DNA from: Candidatus Hydrogenedentota bacterium
Lineage (GTDB): Bacteria > Hydrogenedentota > Hydrogenedentia > Hydrogenedentales > JAEUWI01
Direction: 5' to 3'
Assembly (NCBI GenBank): GCA_034669905.1
Contig: JAXMOL010000022.1
Span: 45,007-109,006, forward strand
Length of the DNA stretch: 64,000 bases
Shown here: positions 57,706 through 64,000 of the stretch, one piece after another
Layout: every line of letters starts with the position of its first letter
Position numbering within the stretch: the first letter of the stretch is position 1
Translations under genes and position numbers: made by a program
The notes under the pieces: generated by a model
Database searches by the model: none
Told to the model about the DNA's origin: nothing
The model's input: only the letters and a program-made list of their open reading frames with translations

Positions 57706-57760
57706 GCGAATGCACGATTTTCTTTGCACAAAAGACAAAAACAAACAATAACCATCAGGC

Positions 57761-60052
57761 TTAATCATCGATGGTAAAGCGGATTCCATTGATGGGTGAA
57801 TGCTCATAGGCCTTTCGGAGAAAGGTCGCAATGGTCTCTCCCGTCATCCCCGTATCGGGCAGGGATACCGTGGCAATGTGGTCCCCCTCCATGGACTCGT
57901 GGAACTCCCCTTCATATTGGAGGGCTTCGAAGGGACTCAGTCCGCGATCGTAGTGGAGCGCAACCCCGGAAGTATAGCCGATGCTGTCCCGCTTTTTTCC
58001 GAAGTTTATAGTTGTTTTTGATGTTTTTGGGTATTTTAAAAGATCGGATTCTGCAAAACGCTGCCGGACCTGCATTCGTGATTCGCCCGCGATACGCACG
58101 CCGACGCGCCGGCGCTTTTGCTCCAGTTCCACTTGAAGGTGGAGCCGTTCCATGATGTTGGCGCCCAGGCTTCGGGCTTCCGGGCTCTCGTGCATCTCGA
58201 CGCCAAAAAGGCACTTTACCGCCTCATTAAGACCGCATACCGACACATACCCTCGCATCCTGGTCATATCAAAGACCGGCCCATCGCTGCCCTTGAGCGA
58301 GAGTAAGGCCAGGGGGCCGGCGGCGCCCCGGTCCATCAAGCCTTCCAGGAATTCATAGCGTTCTGAAAGACCGCGGAACACGACCCCCAATCGCTGGTCC
58401 AGCGCTTCAAGAAAGGCCGTTTCTTTACCGGTCGCATAGGCGATGCGGGGCAGGTTCAGCGATACATTGTGAAAGACCGCCCGAAGGGGTTCCCATGGAA
58501 GATAGTCGGCGTGGGTCTCTTCCGGTCGGAAATAGAAGGAAACCGGCCAGCCTTCCTCGACCATGGTCGCGGCTTTGGCCAGAAACGCCTCACTTCCGGG
58601 CTGCTGAAAGAAGCCCGTGCTCAGACAAATTCCTATCCGAGGGGCAATGACCGGCAGCCCGCTGCTGGCGGCGAGGACGTCGAGAAACTTCCAGGCCAAT
58701 TGTTGGGCGGCGTGTTCGAGCTCCTTGTAGGTGCAGTCGGGCACGATGCCCTCTGGCCCCACGACCTTGGCGTCCGCCAGGTGCTCGGGGGCCGACCAAT
58801 AGAAGCGCAACTCCGTACCTTCCCCATCGCCGCCGTGGGCCAGGGCCCGATACGCGAACTCGTATACCATCATCTGGGCAAACTGGCCCAGTTCATCGGG
58901 CGTCAACTCGCGCACGTAAGCCGCGAAATGGAAATTGACCGCGTCCCACTGGAGGGGTCCCGATACGCAGGCCTGATAGATGCCCGTGGCCTTTGCCATC
59001 TGGGCGAGAAAGGTGGCCGCATTGCGGGGCGGCGAGGCGAAATCCGGTGCACCGGGAATCCCCACGCCAAAGGCCGCGATCATCCCTGGTGACAGGGTCA
59101 CCTGATGGAGCCGATCGGGCTGGCTCAAGTCGTGCAGGTGGATGGCGCCGGTCAGGTGGGCGTCGCTCACGTGGGGCGCATGTATCTGCGTCAGGGCATA
59201 TTCTTTCTTGACGGCCCCGGCGAGGACCCGGTCCGTAGCGATGGGGTCCTGCCCCACGGTGGCGTCGGTGAGGCCACGAATGATGCGCTCGCAATCGTAG
59301 AGCGGCACACCAAGACGACGATGGCGATCCCGGTATTCACTGAGTCCGTGGGCCACCAGCCGCGCGGCGACCAACTCCCGGACCAGGGAGGTGGTGAGGT
59401 TTTCTATGTGGGCAGAATCGAGTTGTTGCTCCACTTCCGTCGCCACCACCGTGGCCATTGATTCGTCCAGCCCGGTCTCCCGAACGAGGGCCTCAACGAT
59501 GCGGTCCCGGTTCCAGGAGAGCAGGGAATCTTCACTGGTTCGAACGAAGAGGTTACGCCCGACTGCGGTTTCGGCTTCCCCTTCATCCACGCGGGCCTCC
59601 TGCAGTTCCCCCAGGAGCAGCCGCATATCGCCTTCGCGGAGCCGCCGGATACGGGCGCGCCGATCGCGGTAGCGGGCATAGGCAAATGCCGTTCGAATAT
59701 GGGTCATCTGAATCAGCACACGTTCTACGGCATCGTGGATATGATCCACCGTAGGCACATGGCTACCCAGTTGTTTGGTGAGGTAAATCGTGACGGCACG
59801 GGCCAGGCTGTGGGCCAGATCCTGATCGGTGCCCCCAATGGAATGGGCGGCCTGAAAGATGGCGTTGGCGATCTTGTTCCGATCGAAGGGTTCTTCCCGT
59901 CCGTTTCGTTTGAGCACCGTGGTAAAGGGCTCGGGCGCCTCCACGAAGGGCAGGGGCAAGGACAACTGGGCGTCATAGAGGCCTTCGTAGTCTTTTTCTT
60001 CCGTATCGTCGTAGTTTTCGAATTCGTCGTGGGTCATATTGAAGTGAGTCAC
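57761..60052 (-). CDS. NrdD-like (class III RNR) protein with two ATP cones, lacking catalytic Cys and the glycyl-radical domain
   Basis: ATP cones VLKRNGREEPFDRNKI and FVRTS...WNRDRIV; AHLTGAIHLHDL, SLNLPRIA, GLNEAV and YTSG; ends at GIRFTIDD. Confidence 0.85.
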   Translation of the reverse strand: MTHFNMTHDEFENYDDTEEKDYEGLYDAQLSLPLPFVEAPEPFTTVLKRNGREEPFDRNKIANAIFQAAHSIGGTDQDLAHSLARAVTIYLTKQLGSHVPTVDHIHDAVERVLIQMTHIRTAFAYARYRDRRARIRRLREGDMRLLLGELQEARVDEGEAETAVGRNLFVRTSEDSLLSWNRDRIVEALVRETGLDESMATVVATEVEQQLDSAHIENLTTSLVRELVAARLVAHGLSEYRDRHRRLGVPLYDCERIIRGLTDATVGQDPIATDRVLAGAVKKEYALTQIHAPHVSDAHLTGAIHLHDLSQPDRLHQVTLSPGMIAAFGVGIPGAPDFASPPRNAATFLAQMAKATGIYQACVSGPLQWDAVNFHFAAYVRELTPDELGQFAQMMVYEFAYRALAHGGDGEGTELRFYWSAPEHLADAKVVGPEGIVPDCTYKELEHAAQQLAWKFLDVLAASSGLPVIAPRIGICLSTGFFQQPGSEAFLAKAATMVEEGWPVSFYFRPEETHADYLPWEPLRAVFHNVSLNLPRIAYATGKETAFLEALDQRLGVVFRGLSERYEFLEGLMDRGAAGPLALLSLKGSDGPVFDMTRMRGYVSVCGLNEAVKCLFGVEMHESPEARSLGANIMERLHLQVELEQKRRRVGVRIAGESRMQVRQRFAESDLLKYPKTSKTTINFGKKRDSIGYTSGVALHYDRGLSPFEALQYEGEFHESMEGDHIATVSLPDTGMTGETIATFLRKAYEHSPINGIRFTIDD

Positions 60053-60228
60053 CGTGTCGGGGCATGGGGATGGAGCGGGTCAGACGCCCAAGGGGGCGGA
60101 ACAGGCAGTCTAGCGAATGGGCGTTGCACAGGGCAAGCAGCCCGGGCGGGCCGAAGATAGAAAGCGCCGGGTCAACAAGGGATTTCCTGTGCTCCGAGGG
60201 GGGCGGCACGCCCCCTCTCGGGGGGGCC

Positions 60229-61542
60229 TCAGGGCGTGGGCTTCCCATCGTCGCTGAGTACACTCCCCTGCTGCGCCATGTTCGCAAGTACTGCATTCAA
60301 CTGCTCATAGATTTCCCGGGCAGATGAATCCAGGGTCGACATTGCCAGGGGGCGGGCTTCTTCCGGGTCGGTCTCGACATCATAAAATCGGCCATCGGCG
60401 AAGAGTTTGTAGCGCGTGGTCCGGGCAGAGCGCCCCCGCCACGCACTGCTTTTTCCCCAACGGGGATCATAGTGACAGTAGAGCCAGGGTTTGTCTTTTG
60501 CTATTTCCCCGCGAAGCAGGGGAAGGAAGCTGCGCCCATCGAGGGCACTACCCCGGTACTCTTTCTGGCCAGCCAATTCCAGCAGGGTTGGAAAGAAATC
60601 CTCAAAGCCGACCAGTTCGTCGGAAATTCCTCCCCCCGGAATCACCCCGGGCCAGTACGCCACCAAGGGCACCCGAGTTCCGGCATCCGTCATTTTACCC
60701 TTTCCCCCGGGGATAACCCGCTCCCCCATCCTCGAAGTAATCTTTCGGTTGGTGCCATTGTCCCCGGTGAAGAGAAAGATGGTGTCCTCGGCGAGTCCCA
60801 GCGAAGCCACGTGGTCCACGAGACGCCCCACCACCTTGTCGGTGTAGGTCATCATATCGGCGAAATAACGGGGCGCATCCTTGTGGCGGTCCTCGGTCCA
60901 ATCCGGGCTGTCGGGCGTGGGTACAAAGGGGTTGTGAACCAAGACCATGGGGTAGTAGAGCACAAAGGGCGTTTCTTGATTGCGCGTCATAAAGTCGCAG
61001 GCGAAGTCCGCGAAGACATCAGGGCCATAGACCGCTTCGTCGCGCGGGAGGGTCTCCCCGTTGCGCTCGATAAGGGGATTGGCAAAACGCTCGCCCTGTT
61101 TTTTTTCATAGCTGAGCTGCCACAGGCAATACTCATCGAAACCGAAGTGAGCCGGCAAGCTTTTGTCATGGCCCAGTTGCCATTTCCCTGCAATAGCGGT
61201 CTGGTAACCCGCGGCTTTGAGGGCGTGGGCGAAGGTCTTCTGGTCCCGTTCTAAATGGCCAAAGCGCTTGTAGTTCCGGAAATTATACTGGCCCGTCATA
61301 ATTTTCACGCGGGAGGGTGTGCAAAGGGGCTGACTGTAACACTGGCGAAAGCGTATGCCGGCGGCGGCGAGGCCATCCAGCCGGGGCGTCTCGTAGGAAG
61401 TACTCCCATTGACCCCCAGGCACTCATAGCCCATATCGTCGGCCATAATCAGCACGATGTTTGGCTGCCGTGCCGAGGCGGTGCAAAGCAGTATCACGCC
61501 AAGCAGGGCGAATACGTATTTCGTCCATTGAAAATACCCCAT
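60229..61542 (-). CDS. Secreted formylglycine-dependent sulfatase
   Basis: PNIVLIMADDMG, CTPSR, AGKWQLG, GDNG and GTRVP. Confidence 0.95.
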   Translation of the reverse strand: MGYFQWTKYVFALLGVILLCTASARQPNIVLIMADDMGYECLGVNGSTSYETPRLDGLAAAGIRFRQCYSQPLCTPSRVKIMTGQYNFRNYKRFGHLERDQKTFAHALKAAGYQTAIAGKWQLGHDKSLPAHFGFDEYCLWQLSYEKKQGERFANPLIERNGETLPRDEAVYGPDVFADFACDFMTRNQETPFVLYYPMVLVHNPFVPTPDSPDWTEDRHKDAPRYFADMMTYTDKVVGRLVDHVASLGLAEDTIFLFTGDNGTNRKITSRMGERVIPGGKGKMTDAGTRVPLVAYWPGVIPGGGISDELVGFEDFFPTLLELAGQKEYRGSALDGRSFLPLLRGEIAKDKPWLYCHYDPRWGKSSAWRGRSARTTRYKLFADGRFYDVETDPEEARPLAMSTLDSSAREIYEQLNAVLANMAQQGSVLSDDGKPTP

Positions 61543-61742
61543 GATATACGACCTTTCCTGGTTCCGCGCTGTTTCAAGCGTGAGAATCAGCCTACCACGG
61601 ACAGGCCAGAAGTTAAAGGAAGATCCACCACCGATTTTCCCCGCCCCGGCTTGTGGTGCTAAGATGCGGACTTCATTTCCACGGCCATGGGTTTAGGTCG
61701 GGATTCGCAATGGCGTCACGACGCCGGGAAAGCATTATCTTC

Positions 61743-62534
61743 ATGGAACTCTGGTACACCCTACTCCTCCTGATCGCTGGTCTGGTTTCCGGCTTTATGA
61801 ACGTACTTGCGGGCGGCGGCTCCCTGCTGGTCATGCCTATCATGGTACTGCTGCTGGGCATGCCGGGTCCGGTGGCCAATGGCACCAATCGGGTGGCGAT
61901 CCTGGCGCAGAACGTTTCGGCCGTGGCCGGGTTTCGCAAGAAGGGCTTTTCCGACTGGCGGCTCAGCCTGAGCCTGGCCCTGTGCGCCCTGCCCGGCGCC
62001 GCCATTGGAGCGTGGTATGGCACCCGGTTGGAAGGCGAATGGTTTAATCGGGTTTTGTCGGGGGTCATGATCGGCGTCATGATCATCATGGCGCTGAAGC
62101 ATCGAAAATCGAACCCCAAATCCGACGATGTCGAGCGGGATAGCGCACCGGCGTTACTTGAAGCCCCGACGCCTAAGCAACTGATTGCGGGCCATGCCCT
62201 GATCGTATTGGCGGGTTTTTACGGCGGATTCATCCAGGCGGGGGTGGGCTTCATCCTGATGGCCATTCTCCACCAGGTGATGGGGCTGGACCTGGTGCGG
62301 GTCAACATGCACAAGGTATTCATCGTAGCGACCTACACGATTATTGCCATTGGATTCTTCGCCTATAGCGGCAACATCATGTGGACCCGTGGCCTGATTC
62401 TGGCGGTAGCCATGGCGGCAGGTGGCTGGGCCGGCTCCCACTTTGCGGTGAATAAGGGCGAAGGGGTCATACGAATCGCCCTGAATATTGCCCTTACTTT
62501 CTTGATCATCAAACTGCTGCTCAGTTCCGGCTGA
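61743..62534 (+). CDS. TauE/SafE (TSUP) family permease
   Basis: LAGGGSLL, ANGTNR and GFYGGFIQAGVG; start moved to ATG 61743. Confidence 0.92.
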   Translation: MELWYTLLLLIAGLVSGFMNVLAGGGSLLVMPIMVLLLGMPGPVANGTNRVAILAQNVSAVAGFRKKGFSDWRLSLSLALCALPGAAIGAWYGTRLEGEWFNRVLSGVMIGVMIIMALKHRKSNPKSDDVERDSAPALLEAPTPKQLIAGHALIVLAGFYGGFIQAGVGFILMAILHQVMGLDLVRVNMHKVFIVATYTIIAIGFFAYSGNIMWTRGLILAVAMAAGGWAGSHFAVNKGEGVIRIALNIALTFLIIKLLLSSG

Positions 62535-64000
62535 GCCCCCTATAGCCCAGCAGAGTCATCAGCGCCAGCCCTAAGAGGAATGCGTCGGAGAGCTTTGACT
62601 GGATCGACTTGACGGTATCGGAATTACAGGCACACCCTTCGGGCAAACCTTCGCCTTCGCCTTCGCCTTCGCCTTCACCCTCGCCTTCACCCTCGCCTTC
62701 GCCCTCGCCTTCACCCTCGCCTTCACCCTCGCCCTCACCACTTCCTGCCGCATTCAGTTCGATGGCCACATTCTCAATGAATCCGGGGTTACTGAGCATG
62801 ACGAACCCTGAGTCGTATCCTGTGGCCGACGCGATTACCCGATAGTCGTTGGGGGCAATCGCCGGGAAGGTGTACACGCCGGAAGCGCCTTGAACTGTCG
62901 GATTGAGGATTTCCGGTTCAAAGGTCACAATGGCATCGACGACGGGCGTCATCGTGACGCGGTCGCGCACTTCCACCACCAGGGTCAAGGTGAGAATAGT
63001 ACTATTGGAGGCAAGCCGGTAGGGAAGAAAATCGACATCCCCTTCCATTTTCCCGTCAATAAGATCGAAATCGTCTTCGCCCCAGTTATTCCCCTCGGCC
63101 ACGACCGTTGGATTGCCCGCTTCATTGCGCACGAAGGCACCGGTCACCGTATCGAATTCATTCTGACCGGTACCAATAAGGTCGTTGGCGTCGCCAAGAC
63201 GGGGCGAAGGAGCCACGTCGGCCCCTTTCGCAACCAACGCTGCACGAACCCACACGGCATCGCTGGCAATGGATTCAAAGCGTGTACGACGGACAAGCGC
63301 GCTGGTCTGGAAAAACTCTATACCCACGTCGCAAACCCGGATGATCGAATCTTCGATGACGCTTCCGGATGAGCCCGATTGGAGTACGCGAATACCGGTA
63401 ACCCCGGGAATACCGGTACCATCAAGCACTACATCATTCACATTCATCACCACGTCATCAATCGTCAACAGCGAATATTCGGTGCCAACAGCGCCATTCA
63501 TCCGAATGGTCAGGCGATGAAGTCCTGAGTTCACCCCCGCGAGCACGGCGGTATTTCCGTTGGCCATCACCTGTGATTCGCCGGGCGACAGCACCGTTCC
63601 GGGAGTCTCCGTACTACCCCGAAGTATGACGTAAGGTGGCAGCGTCACCGCTTCATTAAATTCTTCGGCAGAGAGGTCAAGGGCCACGATGAAATCTTCG
63701 CTGGCTACACCACGTACCGCATCCAGCGCCACTCCGATGGACGTGTAGGGGTCCGATTCGGTACCGCTTCCGGTGCCAGGCCCTTTTCGGACATAGACCG
63801 TCTGCGCCACTTCACCTTCACCTTCACCTTCACCTTCACCTTCACCTTCACCTTCACCTTCACCTTCACCTTCACCTTCACCTTCACCTTCACCTTCACC
63901 TTCACCTTCTCCTTCTCCTTCTCCTTCTCCTTCTCCTTCTCCTTCTCCTTCGCCTTCACCTTCACCTTCACCTTCACCTTCACCTTCGCCTTCGCCTTCG
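62521..64000 (-). CDS. Large surface protein, 5'-partial: EG-repeat linkers, beta-helix-like and carboxypeptidase-regulatory-like domains, C-terminal Cys + TM anchor
   Basis: The frame stays open through (GAAGGT)n to the window edge, so GTG 63810 is internal; VYV...G.GTESDPYTSI..AL is a typical beta-helix N-cap. Confidence 0.85.
   Translation of the reverse strand, partial: EGEGEGEGEGEGEGEGEGEGEGEGEGEGEGEGEGEGEGEGEGEGEGEGEGEGEGEGEGEGEGEVAQTVYVRKGPGTGSGTESDPYTSIGVALDAVRGVASEDFIVALDLSAEEFNEAVTLPPYVILRGSTETPGTVLSPGESQVMANGNTAVLAGVNSGLHRLTIRMNGAVGTEYSLLTIDDVVMNVNDVVLDGTGIPGVTGIRVLQSGSSGSVIEDSIIRVCDVGIEFFQTSALVRRTRFESIASDAVWVRAALVAKGADVAPSPRLGDANDLIGTGQNEFDTVTGAFVRNEAGNPTVVAEGNNWGEDDFDLIDGKMEGDVDFLPYRLASNSTILTLTLVVEVRDRVTMTPVVDAIVTFEPEILNPTVQGASGVYTFPAIAPNDYRVIASATGYDSGFVMLSNPGFIENVAIELNAAGSGEGEGEGEGEGEGEGEGEGEGEGEGEGEGEGLPEGCACNSDTVKSIQSKLSDAFLLGLALMTLLGYRGLSRN
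62648..62739 (-). repeat. Hexamer repeat encoding a (Glu-Gly)n linker
   Basis: GARGGY units, about 15 copies. Confidence 0.95.
63811..64000 (-). repeat. Hexamer repeat encoding a (Glu-Gly)n linker, running off the window edge
   Basis: Homogeneous blocks of GAAGGT, GAAGGA and GAAGGC; more than 30 units. Confidence 0.95.

Noticed and set aside
57703..57760. Cys-rich alternative frame (VIVCFCLLCKEKSCIR) after the NrdD-like stop, as a frameshifted Zn-binding tail
   Set aside because: It is bounded by stops, never reaches an RxxGY motif, and is explained by T-rich intergenic sequence
63808..63810. GTG start given for the last CDS
   Set aside because: The frame is open upstream through the EG repeat to the window edge; there is no signal peptide or RBS at this point
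63705..63983. (KV)n/(KE)n ORF and the matching (SP)n or (KARV)n ORFs at 62571-62845
   Set aside because: Alternative-frame shadows of the (Glu-Gly)n repeat
1..64000. CRISPR array, tRNA, rRNA or IS transposase
   Set aside because: No regularly spaced repeats, cloverleaf/T-arm motifs, rRNA signatures or transposase motifs were seen

Overview
GC-rich bacterial chromosome segment. The long Glu-Gly repeat surface protein suggests Candidatus Hydrogenedentota; this is an inference, not a database result. In order, the window holds: a heavy-metal RND efflux cluster (czcCBA-like) flanked by two diverged copies of a ~200-bp non-coding element; a cold-shock gene, a nucleotide-sugar epimerase, a degenerate PHP lipoprotein and a GntR regulator; a stand-alone large-serine-recombinase DNA-binding domain; tatB/tatC and HU/IHF; hisF, hisI, trpE and trpG; Xaa-Pro peptidase, efp, accB, accC and amaP; a GT4-WecA-ligase glycosylation cluster; a GcvT-family dehydrogenase and an FG-GAP lipoprotein; ADP-ribosylglycohydrolase, GH106, larE and a Ni-SOD fusion; ceramidase-like genes, an extended Na/Pi cotransporter, ltaE and DJ-1; an NrdD-like protein, a sulfatase, TauE and a partial EG-repeat protein. 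The main candidates for novelty are five. (1) A promoter-driven, multi-domain ~435-nt structured RNA at 37315-37750 that matches no RNA class I recognise. (2) An intact two-ATP-cone NrdD paralogue lacking catalytic cysteines and the glycyl-radical domain. (3) An unannotated His/Trp-containing leader peptide ahead of hisI-trpE-trpG. (4) A catalytically empty recombinase domain with a near-consensus promoter and a structured leader. (5) Several further pseudo-enzymes and unusual fusions. All family assignments are by eye from motifs; no searches were run.
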